Shown here one piece after another: positions 17,949 to 28,147 of a stretch of 59,079 nt of DNA. Each line of letters begins with the position of its first letter. Position 1 is the stretch's first letter. The notes under the pieces were generated by a model. The model ran no database searches, was not told the DNA's origin, and worked only from the letters and a program-made list of their open reading frames with translations. Both the position numbers and the translations under genes were made by a program. This stretch comes from an uncultured Candidatus Saccharibacteria bacterium (GTDB lineage: Bacteria > Patescibacteriota > UBA1384 > JAGGWG01 > CAZAJM01): positions 1 through 59,079 of the forward strand of contig CAZAJM010000005.1 in the NCBI GenBank assembly GCA_964485625.1. Direction: 5' to 3'.

Positions 17949-18085
17949 CTCAACAATATTAAATATGTTTTGTTAATTATATCACAATTACAATTAAATT
18001 TACTACTATCAACAGATTAAGCTTACTTAATTAATATCTATAATATTTTGTGCTATAAGTAATTTTGAGGTAAAATAGATAGGTA

Positions 18086-19093
18086 ATGATCAAAAGGCTT
18101 GAAAAAGAAGAGCTGGTTAAATTTTTAAATAAAATTAGATCAGATTATCCAGTCTACCTACCAGAAGAGACTAAGGAGGGCCATTTTAATTTCTCTAAAG
18201 CAGTTGATGTTGATTTTAATCATATTAATCTAGAGAACTCTGCTACTATGACTCCCCCAACCACCTTTCTCTTGCCCTACAGAGAAGATCTACTAAAATA
18301 CGATAAAGGTGATTTTAGAAACATCGACGGCAAAGAAAGAAAGGCCTTAGTTGATGTTAAAGAGTATGACCTAGAAGCAATTAACCGGCTTAAGAAGATA
18401 TTTAAAGATGATCAGTTCTTTACTAGAAATGCTGACAATCTGATATTGATCACTAGCGAGACTGGTCAGCAAAGCCCCTTTGACAAAGCGATGCTAGAGA
18501 GAGATATTGAAGGCTTCGATATCAGAATAAATCAGATTGGCTCTGATTTTCAACTAGAATCAGGTTCTAGCTTAGGAGATCAGCTACTGGAAAACTACCT
18601 GCCAATGATTGCTAGCCAAGAAGAGATATATTTTTCTAAAAAGAAAAAAGCAAGCAAAGAGCCTATATTAAACCTAGACAAAATCAAGTGGGCGGTGGAG
18701 AAGACCAAGCCTGATAGGGATGATAAGAGCAAGGGTAAAGTTTGGCAGAAATGGGCAGAAGTCTGTCTGGGTTGTGGCAATTGTAGCTATGTCTGCCCAA
18801 TGTGCTTCTGTTACCGAATGGAAGATAAGGTTGATTTTAAAGGTCAGGTTACTAGAGAGCGCCGTCTTAGCAGCTGCTTTCTCTACTCTTTCGACAAGAT
18901 GGCTGGAGGCAATCCTAAAGAAAATTTTGTGGATCGGTTCTACCACTGGTACTATCACAAGTTTGTTGCCATGCCCGAGCAGTACGGTTTCTCAGGCTGT
19001 GTTAACTGTGGCCGGTGTATCAAGTACTGTCCTGTTAATATTAACTTTAGAACTGTGATCAAAGAGGCGATAGAGGAGGCGGAAAATGGCTAA
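18086..19093 (+). CDS. hydB: group 3b-like NiFe hydrogenase beta subunit (4Fe-4S dicluster)
   Basis: CLGCGNCSYVCPMCFC and CVNCGRCIKYCP motifs; first gene of the four-gene operon. Confidence 0.85.
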   Translation: MIKRLEKEELVKFLNKIRSDYPVYLPEETKEGHFNFSKAVDVDFNHINLENSATMTPPTTFLLPYREDLLKYDKGDFRNIDGKERKALVDVKEYDLEAINRLKKIFKDDQFFTRNADNLILITSETGQQSPFDKAMLERDIEGFDIRINQIGSDFQLESGSSLGDQLLENYLPMIASQEEIYFSKKKKASKEPILNLDKIKWAVEKTKPDRDDKSKGKVWQKWAEVCLGCGNCSYVCPMCFCYRMEDKVDFKGQVTRERRLSSCFLYSFDKMAGGNPKENFVDRFYHWYYHKFVAMPEQYGFSGCVNCGRCIKYCPVNINFRTVIKEAIEEAENG

Positions 19094-19910
19094 AAATATG
19101 CTAAAACCGATGCCGGCCCAGATTACAGATATCAGACCCGAAACCAAATGGGCCAGACTTTTAAAGATTAAGTTGAAGAATAGTTCTGATCGAGAGAACT
19201 TTATCTTCAAACCCGGTCAGTTTATTCAGCTCTCCCTGCCCGGCTTTGGAGAGGCGCCTTTCTCAATCTGCTCGAGTCCAAAAAAGAAAGAGCGTTTTGA
19301 AATATTGGCCCAGAAAGTCGGCAGTCTAACTAACAAACTTTTCACTCTTAGCCCCGGTGATGAAATTGGTATTAGAGGCCCCCTTGGCAATGGCTTCCCC
19401 TTGGAAGAAATTAGAGGTAAGAATATCTCTCTTATCTCCGGAGGCTGCGGCCTAGCTCCAATGAGATCAGTAATTTTAAGCCTATTACCTAAAGCAGATG
19501 AATACGGCAAGATCAAAATCTTCTACGGCAGCAAGAGCCAATCCAGCTTCTACTTTAATAACGAATTTAAGGATTGGTCCAAAGGTGCACAATTAAACTT
19601 AATAGTTGAAGAGAAAGACGATAGCTGGGAAGGTCAGACCGGTTATGTTAGCGATCTACTTAAGAAACAAAAATTTGGTTTTAAAGATATAGTTATGATC
19701 TGCGGCCCCCACCCTATGCTAGCTCCAACGATAAAAAACCTAAGAGATCGAGGTGTTAGAGATAAAAATATCTATCTATCTTTAGAGAGAAATATGTCTT
19801 GTGGTGTTGGAGTCTGTCAACACTGTAACTTTGGCACCAAATATGTCTGCAAAGATGGACCAGTCTTTAGTTTAGAAGAGATATTAAAAGAAGACCCTAA
19901 CTTTTTATAG
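19086..19910 (+). CDS. hydG: hydrogenase gamma subunit (FAD/NAD(P)-binding, 2Fe-2S)
   Basis: PFSICS, IRGPLGNGF, GGCGLAP, CGP, ERNMSCGVGVCQHC. Confidence 0.85.
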   Translation: MAKNMLKPMPAQITDIRPETKWARLLKIKLKNSSDRENFIFKPGQFIQLSLPGFGEAPFSICSSPKKKERFEILAQKVGSLTNKLFTLSPGDEIGIRGPLGNGFPLEEIRGKNISLISGGCGLAPMRSVILSLLPKADEYGKIKIFYGSKSQSSFYFNNEFKDWSKGAQLNLIVEEKDDSWEGQTGYVSDLLKKQKFGFKDIVMICGPHPMLAPTIKNLRDRGVRDKNIYLSLERNMSCGVGVCQHCNFGTKYVCKDGPVFSLEEILKEDPNFL

Positions 19911-20645
19911 ATGAACAATATTCGTAAACCAAAATTAGCTATCGTTGATCTAACAGACTGCGAAGGTTGCCAGGTAGAGTTCTTCGCTCTCAAAGATAGA
20001 CTACCCAATCTCTGGCAAAAGTTTGATATCATCTCTTGGAGGATGGGCCAAGACCAATCCAACCTGGAAAATATTGATGTCCTGCTGATTGAAGGAAGCC
20101 CAATTAAAAAAGAGAGTCGGGAAAGAATAATAGAACTTCGAAAGAAAGCAACTCTCGTCGGCACCCTAGGAAGCTGTGCCGATCTAGGCGGGATTAATGC
20201 TATACTCAAAGGCAGAGAGAGAACCAAAGCATTTAGAAGAGTCTACTCAAAAAACAAACCCCTGGGCAGAGAGGTGAAGCCACTCTCACAGTATATTAAA
20301 ATAGATTTTAGAATACCGGGCTGCCCGATCAGGCCCAACTACCTGGCAGAGGTTCTATCAGACCTACTTATCGGTAAAAACCCCCAGCCTAAACCCTACC
20401 CCGTCTGCTTTGAGTGCAAGCTTAGAGGAAATGAGTGCTTACTACTAAAGGGTGAGCCATGTCTGGGACCAATTACTGCCGGGGGTTGCCAGGCAATCTG
20501 CCCAAGCCAGAACCATCCCTGCTTCGGTTGCTTTGGGCTAATTGAGGGCGCTCAGACCAAGCAGATGAAGAATCATTTGGAAAAAGTTTTTGGCAAGAAA
20601 GAGGCCAGCAAAGTTTACAAGTTATTTTTAAATAATTTTAATTAA
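19911..20645 (+). CDS. hydD: NiFe hydrogenase small (delta) subunit
   Basis: DCEGCQ, GSCA, IPGCP, VCFEC, CLGPIT, CFGC motifs. Confidence 0.88.
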   Translation: MNNIRKPKLAIVDLTDCEGCQVEFFALKDRLPNLWQKFDIISWRMGQDQSNLENIDVLLIEGSPIKKESRERIIELRKKATLVGTLGSCADLGGINAILKGRERTKAFRRVYSKNKPLGREVKPLSQYIKIDFRIPGCPIRPNYLAEVLSDLLIGKNPQPKPYPVCFECKLRGNECLLLKGEPCLGPITAGGCQAICPSQNHPCFGCFGLIEGAQTKQMKNHLEKVFGKKEASKVYKLFLNNFN

Positions 20646-20652
20646 ATACATT

Positions 20653-21909
20653 ATGAAAGATAATTTTACTAAAAGAATAGAGGGCCACGGCAATTTACAC
20701 GTTGATTATCGTAATCACAGCGCCAAGGTAGTGGTAGAAGAAGAAGAACGTCTTTTCGAGCAACTGATCGTTGGCTACCCATATAAACGAGCTCCCTTTA
20801 TCACCGCCAGAATCTGCGGCATCTGCCCAACTGCACATTATCTTGCCAGTATTAAGGCAGTAGAAGCCGCTTTTGATATCAAGCCAAACAAAACCGTAAT
20901 CAAGCTAAGAGAGGCTCTACTCGCGGCCCAGATAGCTCAGAGTCACACTCTTCATCTTTTCTTCCTAGTTCTACCAGATTATCTAGGCACCAAGACAGTC
21001 AAAGAGATGGCACAGAGATACCCGGCCGAGTTTCATTTAGGTCTAAATTTAAAAAATACCTCCGACAAGATAGTCAAAGTGCTAGGCGGCCGAGAGGTAC
21101 ACCCCCTAACACCAGTGGTTGGCGGCTTTAATAAAGAGATTAAAGTAGAGGAGATCAGTGGCCTAACCGAAGAGATAGATAGCGTTCTTGATGAGGCCAG
21201 TGATACCGTTAAGTTAGTAAGCAAAATAGAATTTCCTGAGATACACCAAGACGGTCGAGCCTACTTATCTCTTGAGAGTAAAGAGTACCCTCTCTTGACA
21301 GGCAGAAAAGTTACAGGCAATCAAAACGAAGAGTTTGAGACCAAAAACTACCAAAAACATATTAGAGAGCACGAGAGAAAAGGAACTCTGGTCAAACTTT
21401 CTCAGTACAAAAACAGAAATAGCTCAAAGCTAATTATGGTTGGAGCTCTAGCTAGACTTAATAAGGCCAGTCAGAGACTAATGCCTAAAGCTAAGAAGTT
21501 ACTGGATAAATCTAGATTGAACCTGCCCTCCACTAACCCTTTTAACAATATCCTAGCTCAGGCAATAGAGATAAATCACTACCTTGAAGTTGCTAAAGAA
21601 AAATTAGGTTCTATTAAAGAGAGTGAATTAAATAATCTTGGTCAGGAAATCAGGCCCAAAAAAGGCATCGGAGTCGGTGCAGTCGAGGCACCCAGAGGTA
21701 CTCTCTACCACCAATATCAAACAGATAATAAAGGCCGTATTATTAAAGCAGATATCATCACCCCTACCGCCTCTTTCATGCTCTCCCTTGAAGATGATGC
21801 TGATAAGATTGTTAAATTAAACAAAGGCAGTAAACAATCAGACCTAGAACAGCTAGCAGAGAGTCTGATCAGGGCCTATGATCCCTGTCTGACCTGCAGT
21901 GTTCATTAA
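20653..21909 (+). CDS. hydA: NiFe hydrogenase large (alpha) subunit
   Basis: L1 RICGICPTAH, EAPRG, L2 DPCLTCSVH ending directly at the stop. Confidence 0.92.
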   Translation: MKDNFTKRIEGHGNLHVDYRNHSAKVVVEEEERLFEQLIVGYPYKRAPFITARICGICPTAHYLASIKAVEAAFDIKPNKTVIKLREALLAAQIAQSHTLHLFFLVLPDYLGTKTVKEMAQRYPAEFHLGLNLKNTSDKIVKVLGGREVHPLTPVVGGFNKEIKVEEISGLTEEIDSVLDEASDTVKLVSKIEFPEIHQDGRAYLSLESKEYPLLTGRKVTGNQNEEFETKNYQKHIREHERKGTLVKLSQYKNRNSSKLIMVGALARLNKASQRLMPKAKKLLDKSRLNLPSTNPFNNILAQAIEINHYLEVAKEKLGSIKESELNNLGQEIRPKKGIGVGAVEAPRGTLYHQYQTDNKGRIIKADIITPTASFMLSLEDDADKIVKLNKGSKQSDLEQLAESLIRAYDPCLTCSVH

Positions 21910-21996
21910 GGTCAGTTGCTAAAGATACAAATATTAGTTACTCTAGACAAGAAAGTAAACAGAGTCGCACCCCAACAAGAAAGGAGGTGGTGTTTG

Positions 21997-22734
21997 ATGA
22001 GCGGAAACATACTCGAAAGTGCCAGTCAAATTGGAGTAACAGAAGCAGCAGAAGATACGCTTGGAAAGATTTATGTAAGCTGCCCCATAACCTCTTCTAA
22101 TTTTGGCCGATTTAAGTCGATAAAAACCTTGGCAGATCTAGACAATATTGCCCGGCTATCAATGATCAGCTTGGTTAATATTGCGCAGGAGTCAGGCAAA
22201 GAACAGATCGATGCTGATGATATTGCCAGACTATTTGGTGGAAAGATTCATTTAGAGAACCTAGAGCTAAGAGCTAGTGGGGAAGGACTAATTTCAACCG
22301 GCAAAAGCTATAGGGAGAGATTAGAGAAGCTTGAGATAAGCGTTTTAACCAAAGAGAATGAGGCAGAGTTTGCCGTGATTGATATGCTTGTTGATGGAAT
22401 AGTTGGAGATATAAGAGGTGAAAGAGCGATAGTTACAAGTACGGTTGCTGGCGAGAATGTTGTTTTTGAGAATATCTACTTAGCTGGTGATGAAAGAGTG
22501 GGAATAGGCTCAACTGTGCTTGTTCATTACGGTATGGTGATTGGTCTAGTTGGTGAAGATGTCAACTTAGATGTTATTGGGAAAAACAGAGAAGACCAAG
22601 AAAAGAACAGTTACTTCCAAGAGCAGGCAAGCAACTTAGTCGGTACTATTGATTGTGAGCAAATTTGTGCAGATAAGAGTAGAGATATGACTGGTTTTGA
22701 TATAGCTCAGTGGGCTAGGCCCCGTCTTAGATAA
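21997..22734 (+). CDS. unknown protein with a HypC-like OB-fold segment
   Basis: start moved to ATG 21997 (SD AGGAGGTG 21982-21989); own promoter TTGCTA (21916-21921), 17 bp, TACTCT; GIVGDIRGERAIV...VGIGSTVLVHYGMVI. Confidence 0.65.
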   Translation: MSGNILESASQIGVTEAAEDTLGKIYVSCPITSSNFGRFKSIKTLADLDNIARLSMISLVNIAQESGKEQIDADDIARLFGGKIHLENLELRASGEGLISTGKSYRERLEKLEISVLTKENEAEFAVIDMLVDGIVGDIRGERAIVTSTVAGENVVFENIYLAGDERVGIGSTVLVHYGMVIGLVGEDVNLDVIGKNREDQEKNSYFQEQASNLVGTIDCEQICADKSRDMTGFDIAQWARPRLR

Positions 22735-22767
22735 TCAATCTTTGATGAGGTTTAGTCCACATTTTAT

Positions 22768-23010
22768 TTAATGGCTATGAGCGTGCTCGTGAGTATGATC
22801 ATGGTGATGATGGCAGTTTCCAACAATCTCTTTTATCTTCTCGGCCTCTTTTTTAGGTAAAGTATTTACTGCTAGATCATCATGAACCAATAAATATGAT
22901 CCAGGTCTAACTTTCTCTTTTATTAGTGAGATATCGATCTCCTTGCCACTAACATCAATAGCTGTGTCCTTATCTACTTCTTTCACCTTCAATGGTATTG
23001 CTAAACACAT
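22768..23010 (-). CDS. hypC: HypC/HybG chaperone with His-rich tail
   Basis: MCLAIP N-terminus, PGSYLLVH; tail CHHHHDHTHEHAHSH. Confidence 0.9.
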   Translation of the reverse strand: MCLAIPLKVKEVDKDTAIDVSGKEIDISLIKEKVRPGSYLLVHDDLAVNTLPKKEAEKIKEIVGNCHHHHDHTHEHAHSH

Positions 23011-23021
23011 TTTAAAATTAT

Positions 23022-24035
23022 TTAACTAGATTGAATATATTTAATAAACTTGGCCATTCTTATGGAGTAGCCCATCTCATTATCATACCAAGCAATAATT
23101 TTTGCTAGATTGCCCTTGTTTACCTGTAAGCAATTTAGATCAACTACTGCTCCATGGGGAGCTGCTTTTAGGTCACTGCTAACCAAAGGTTCTTCGGTCG
23201 TACTAATAATGCCTTGGTAGTCTTTTTTCTTAGCTGCCGCTGTAAATATTTGAGCTATCTCTTCTTTATTGGTCTCTCTTTTAAGTAGTGCTACCAGATC
23301 AACCAAGGAGACAGTCGGGTTAGGCACTCTTATAGCCATAGCACCGAGCTTGCCTTTAGCTTTGGGATAGGCAATCTCTGTCGCCTTATTAGCCCCGGTA
23401 GTAGTTGGCACAATATTCTCTGCCGCTGCCCTACCTCTTCTATAGTCTTTGCTGCTAGGGCTATCTTGAAGAGCTTGGCTAGAAGTATAGGAATGAATAG
23501 TGGTAGCAAAAGAGTTCTCTACTCCAAAATTCTCTTCTAAGACCATCATCAGCGGAGTTAGACAGTTAGTAGTACAGGAAGCTAGAGAAACTACCTCATC
23601 TTTTTCTTTATCAAAATCTTTATTATTGACTCCGTGAACAATCGTTTTAACAGCTTCCTCTCCTTTTGCCGGGGCAGTAATAATTACTTTTTTGGCTCCT
23701 ACCTTTAGATGAGCCTCAGCCTCTTTTTTAGTTCTAAAAACACCGGTCGACTCAACCACAACATCAACATTCAGCTGTGACCACGGTAGCTCTGAAGGGT
23801 CTTTAAGATTGGTTACCGGAATTAGCCTGCCATCTACTTGAAGCCCTTTCTTCCTGGCCAAAACCTCACCTTGATAAGGCCCATAACTAGAATCATACTT
23901 AAGCAAGTAGGCAAGTTGACCAGGATCTTGTAAGTCATTGATGGCCACCACCTCAAGATCTTCTTCCTGGGCAGCCCGAAAGAAAGTTCGGCCAATTCGG
24001 CCAAAGCCATTGATAGCGACTTTTACTTTTTCCAT
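23022..24035 (-). CDS. gap: glyceraldehyde-3-phosphate dehydrogenase
   Basis: AINGFGRIGR, ASCTTNCL, WYDNE motifs. Confidence 0.97.
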   Translation of the reverse strand: MEKVKVAINGFGRIGRTFFRAAQEEDLEVVAINDLQDPGQLAYLLKYDSSYGPYQGEVLARKKGLQVDGRLIPVTNLKDPSELPWSQLNVDVVVESTGVFRTKKEAEAHLKVGAKKVIITAPAKGEEAVKTIVHGVNNKDFDKEKDEVVSLASCTTNCLTPLMMVLEENFGVENSFATTIHSYTSSQALQDSPSSKDYRRGRAAAENIVPTTTGANKATEIAYPKAKGKLGAMAIRVPNPTVSLVDLVALLKRETNKEEIAQIFTAAAKKKDYQGIISTTEEPLVSSDLKAAPHGAVVDLNCLQVNKGNLAKIIAWYDNEMGYSIRMAKFIKYIQSS

Positions 24036-24056
24036 TATCTCCTCCTTTATTATTAT

Positions 24057-24824
24057 CTAATTGTTCTCTTTGACGCTTTGACAAATTTTAATAAATTCCT
24101 CTGCCTCAAGACTAGCATTACCAACCAAGACGCCATTGATCTCGGGTTGATCCTGGTAGTTAGTTACATCACTAGAGTCGACACTACCTCCATAGATAAT
24201 TGGCACTTTGTAGGCCAGCTCTCGATTATATATCGCTGCTAATCCTTGACGCAAGAGCATAATAATCTGGTTGGCATAGTCGGCATCAGCCGGGTTTTTG
24301 CCCTTCTCGCTACTTATAGCCCAGATAGGTTCGTAGCAAATTGTTACCTTACTAATATCATCTCTGCTAACATTTTTTAGACAACTCTTCATGTGCTCAA
24401 CAACCAAATCGGACTCTCCTTTTCGATAATCCTCTAAACTTTCTCCCAAACAAACTATCGGTCTAATATCCTGATCAAGTAATGTTAAGACCTTTTGATT
24501 TACCTCTTCATTATTCTCACCTCTCTCCGCTCTTACTTCAGAGTGACCTACTAGAGCATAACTACAATATTCCTTTATCATAGAGGCGGAAATTTCACCT
24601 GTGAATCTACCTGATATTTTACTGTGAATATTTTGAACTCCCAGATCAATAGAGGTTAATTTTAGCTCCTTACTAATGGTAGGGATGTAGACAGAGGGAG
24701 GCAACAGAGCAAGGTCGTAGCCAACAATGGGGATTACACCATCTTTAATTTTAGTAGCCAAAGAGTTAGCCTCCTTAAGAATAGATGGATTCATCTTCCA
24801 ATTGGCAATTATTTTGAATTTCAT
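24057..24824 (-). CDS. tpiA: triosephosphate isomerase
   Basis: ANWKMN, GHSE, YEPIWAI, YGGSV. Confidence 0.96.
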   Translation of the reverse strand: MKFKIIANWKMNPSILKEANSLATKIKDGVIPIVGYDLALLPPSVYIPTISKELKLTSIDLGVQNIHSKISGRFTGEISASMIKEYCSYALVGHSEVRAERGENNEEVNQKVLTLLDQDIRPIVCLGESLEDYRKGESDLVVEHMKSCLKNVSRDDISKVTICYEPIWAISSEKGKNPADADYANQIIMLLRQGLAAIYNRELAYKVPIIYGGSVDSSDVTNYQDQPEINGVLVGNASLEAEEFIKICQSVKENN

Positions 24825-24833
24825 TTTTGTATA

Positions 24834-25025
24834 TTAATGGCAAGTTGAGCAATCACTCCTACAGGCCTGACAGGCTGAACTGTTCTTAACGGAAACACTG
24901 GTTGGCTGTTTTTCCAGCTTAGCTTTATTACATTTTGGACAATCTTTCTCGACCTCCTTCTTGTCCAAGACCAGTTCTTCACTTTTGTAACTGCAATTTG
25001 GACACTGATAGATATATATTGGCAT
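24834..25025 (-). CDS. FmdB-family zinc ribbon protein
   Basis: MPIYIYQCPNC...CPKC plus a Cys-rich tail. Confidence 0.85.
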   Translation of the reverse strand: MPIYIYQCPNCSYKSEELVLDKKEVEKDCPKCNKAKLEKQPTSVSVKNSSACQACRSDCSTCH

Positions 25026-25077
25026 TTTATGCTATTAATTTTTATTTAATTGTAAAGCCTGTTTAATAATATTTCAA

Positions 25078-28000
25078 TCATCTCCCAAATAAATCCCTAA
25101 TATTAGCTAGGAAGCCAAAGGTGTCTTTAAGTTTGGTAATGATAATATCTAATACTGAGTCTTGAGCTTGGCCAGTAATAACTACATTGTCACTGCCTAC
25201 CGCTTGGTTGCCGGCAGAATCACTACTAACCGGTCTTAAATGGTAGGTTCTAGCTGGGTCTAACTCAGAGATAATAACGGTATGGTTCTCCCCTAGTGAA
25301 CTGTCTAAGGTGGTTCTGGATTGATAGGTAGAGCCGCCTACTCCTTGGCCATACTCAACTTGAGAGGTGGCTGGCTCATCCGTCTGCCAAGATACCACAA
25401 TCTGAGCCTTGGAATCAGTTCCTGTGCCGGTGATAGAAGTCTCCAATTTAATATCAGATATTTGGGGTGGACGAGAATCTTTAGCTGTTTTAAAGCTAGC
25501 AACTGAAGAGGTAGTTTGGTTACCATATTCATCTCTGCCACTGGCTACCAACTGATATTCTGTTTGATCGGCCAGGCCTTCTATGGTTAGATTATGATCT
25601 GTCTTAAGTCTAGCATCAGAGACGCTCTTAGGCTTGCCTCTATTACTTGAAGGGCTAACAGTTAGGGCAGAGGAGGTCTTAACATTGGTCTGCCAACTTA
25701 CCTTAACAGTAGCTGAGGGGGCGTCTTCAACTGACTGATAGCTCATATTAGAAATTGCGGGCAAGTCGGGAGTAGAAAAAGTAGCACCGCTAGAATATTC
25801 TGTACCATCAATAGTAGTCATCTTAACCCTTAGCTGGTAATCTTTTCCAGCCTGTAAGTCATTCAATGTCTTTGAGAAAGAGGTGGCATTGCCATCGATA
25901 GAGTCGGATTGATTGTATGAACCAACACCATATTCAATATCAGTGCTTGAGCTATAGTTTGTCAGCCAACTAGCAAGAACTTTTGTTGGTGATATAGTCT
26001 CAACTTTTAAATCTGTGACTTGAGGAGTCTTTTTAGTATTGGTCTCATACCACTGACTTTCTCCTAAATTACCATTATTATCCGTCCAAACTAGTTTGTA
26101 TCGGTAACTGGTCTCTGGTTTTAAACCTACCACATCTACCTCATGAGATTGACTGTAACCGGTATGGCCCTGCTCACTGACATATTGATTACCTTGATAG
26201 ACCTTAACGTAACTAGTAGTCTGTTTGGAAGAGGTCCAGCTGACATTAATTGAGCTGGGACCGGCCTCAATCTCAGGGCCGTCTACCACTTGAGCTACTC
26301 CAGTAGAGCAATAGACTGCTGTCTGCCAGTTAGAGCTATTACCTGCTCCGTCAACACTTCTTAGATAGAAAACATTGTCTCCTTCTTGATAACTGGCAGC
26401 TGATATCTCTAGGCTATCTGGATCGGCAATATCAATTATCGACCCGGTCGAACCAAGCTTGTATTGATATTTAGCTAACTGAGATCCGCCGGTGTCGGCT
26501 GGCTTGCTCCAACTAAAATCAAAACTATTGCTGGTAGAGCAGCCGGTTGGAGAGACATTGATGTATTCAGGAGAGCTAGGATTGGTTGGATCGTAGGAGT
26601 AGGTGAAGTAGGTCTGAGAAGCGGATATATTATTAATATCAGCATTGTTCTCGGTTTTAAGAATGAAGTAATATGTCTGACCGGCTTCCATTCGATCACT
26701 AATTGCCGGACTAACGCTCAAGTTAGTCTCTGCTTGAAACTGGACTGCCTCACCGGCGTTAATAATACCACTTGTAACTTCGGGATCAGCAGTATCGTCA
26801 GTACCAAAGTAAAGATAGTACCCCTCAACACCGGACTCTGGGTCAGAGGCACCCGACCACTCAAAGTACGGCTGATTATGATAATTCCACCCCGAAGACA
26901 GTTCTTGGTCTTGACTATCGGAGTTATAGGCGATAAAAGAAGTAGGATTATTAGGAGGGGTAGAGTCACCCTGCTCTTGACTTGCAAGTTCATAGAAGGT
27001 TCCAGGTGAACTGTTATTGTTATACTCAGTAGTTACCCAGCCTGTTGATCTAACATCGTGGACAATCAACATCCTCTCGATCTTTCCGTCGAAATCATAA
27101 CTTGTTTCGTTATGCCTTCTAGCCATACAAACTTGAAGATTTGATTCAGGTAAAGTGCCTCCCCAACCACCATCTACATTCTCTAAATTATCATCCAAAT
27201 AAATACTGGCTTCACCAGTTGCACCATTCCAAACACCATAACCTAAATACCATTGACCAGCGTTAAGCGTAGTGGTACCTCTAACGGGGCTAGCAGTTAG
27301 ATCCATAGCATTAAGATGTAATTTTGGAAGATTTGATGTCCCAGCGCTATTTTCAACATATAGCTGCCAGTTACCCGTTGTCCAAGCAGATCTAGCACCA
27401 ATAAAGGCGAAAGTTGAGCTTAGCGAATTGCTATCCGCAACAAAACTTGCCGATACCGATAAAGCCGTAGTGCTATCAGTAATAGGTGATCCATCACCAA
27501 AAGCAACAAATTCGTTGTTATTTTTGTCAAATTCTAACGCATAACCATTATTGTATTCCACCCAATCGGTTCCAGGGTCCATGTTGGTTAGAGTTCCATC
27601 GTTACCATTACCTGTATAGTCTGTTACTGTGCCACCGCTTCCTTCATTGAGTAACCAAACTCCAACATAACCGTTACTCCAAACATCAGCAACATTTTCC
27701 TGACTGCCAACATCGCTATTACCATAGTAGAGATTAATAGTAGTATCACTCGAATCTGTTAAATCAGCTTTGACCCAAGCTCTAAGCTTACCAGTACTGC
27801 CATCAAATACTTCAATTTGGTGAGAGAGAGTGTTGTCGCTACTATCGGTAAAGATAATATCATCACCATTATCTTGCGCATTAGCTGCTAACTCAGCATC
27901 AAAGTCAAGGTTAATTAAAACCGGAAAATCTGTTAAATCAGCATCCACTTGTTCATGCTGAATAGTAATAACTTTCCTATAGGCCCAACTATAATCGTAC

Positions 28001-28125
28001 CAAGCAGCAACTTCACCGCTCTCTTTTTCTCTGATATGACCAATAACTAATGAAGTCAAAACAAAAGCTACGAGCAAAGTAGCTAGCAAAAAATACTCTT
28101 TATTTTCACCAAAAAAATCTCTCAT
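25078..28125 (-). CDS. large surface protein (DUF2341, LamG-like, multiple FN3)
   Basis: YRKVITI...DFPVLI...DIIFTD (DUF2341); repeated SW.T...(S/T)..EYG FN3 units; start at ATG 28125 (7 nt after TATAAT) or 28134. Confidence 0.8.
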   Translation of the reverse strand: MRDFFGENKEYFLLATLLVAFVLTSLVIGHIREKESGEVAAWYDYSWAYRKVITIQHEQVDADLTDFPVLINLDFDAELAANAQDNGDDIIFTDSSDNTLSHQIEVFDGSTGKLRAWVKADLTDSSDTTINLYYGNSDVGSQENVADVWSNGYVGVWLLNEGSGGTVTDYTGNGNDGTLTNMDPGTDWVEYNNGYALEFDKNNNEFVAFGDGSPITDSTTALSVSASFVADSNSLSSTFAFIGARSAWTTGNWQLYVENSAGTSNLPKLHLNAMDLTASPVRGTTTLNAGQWYLGYGVWNGATGEASIYLDDNLENVDGGWGGTLPESNLQVCMARRHNETSYDFDGKIERMLIVHDVRSTGWVTTEYNNNSSPGTFYELASQEQGDSTPPNNPTSFIAYNSDSQDQELSSGWNYHNQPYFEWSGASDPESGVEGYYLYFGTDDTADPEVTSGIINAGEAVQFQAETNLSVSPAISDRMEAGQTYYFILKTENNADINNISASQTYFTYSYDPTNPSSPEYINVSPTGCSTSNSFDFSWSKPADTGGSQLAKYQYKLGSTGSIIDIADPDSLEISAASYQEGDNVFYLRSVDGAGNSSNWQTAVYCSTGVAQVVDGPEIEAGPSSINVSWTSSKQTTSYVKVYQGNQYVSEQGHTGYSQSHEVDVVGLKPETSYRYKLVWTDNNGNLGESQWYETNTKKTPQVTDLKVETISPTKVLASWLTNYSSSTDIEYGVGSYNQSDSIDGNATSFSKTLNDLQAGKDYQLRVKMTTIDGTEYSSGATFSTPDLPAISNMSYQSVEDAPSATVKVSWQTNVKTSSALTVSPSSNRGKPKSVSDARLKTDHNLTIEGLADQTEYQLVASGRDEYGNQTTSSVASFKTAKDSRPPQISDIKLETSITGTGTDSKAQIVVSWQTDEPATSQVEYGQGVGGSTYQSRTTLDSSLGENHTVIISELDPARTYHLRPVSSDSAGNQAVGSDNVVITGQAQDSVLDIIITKLKDTFGFLANIRDLFGR

Positions 28126-28147
28126 CCCCTCCATTATATCACTTACA

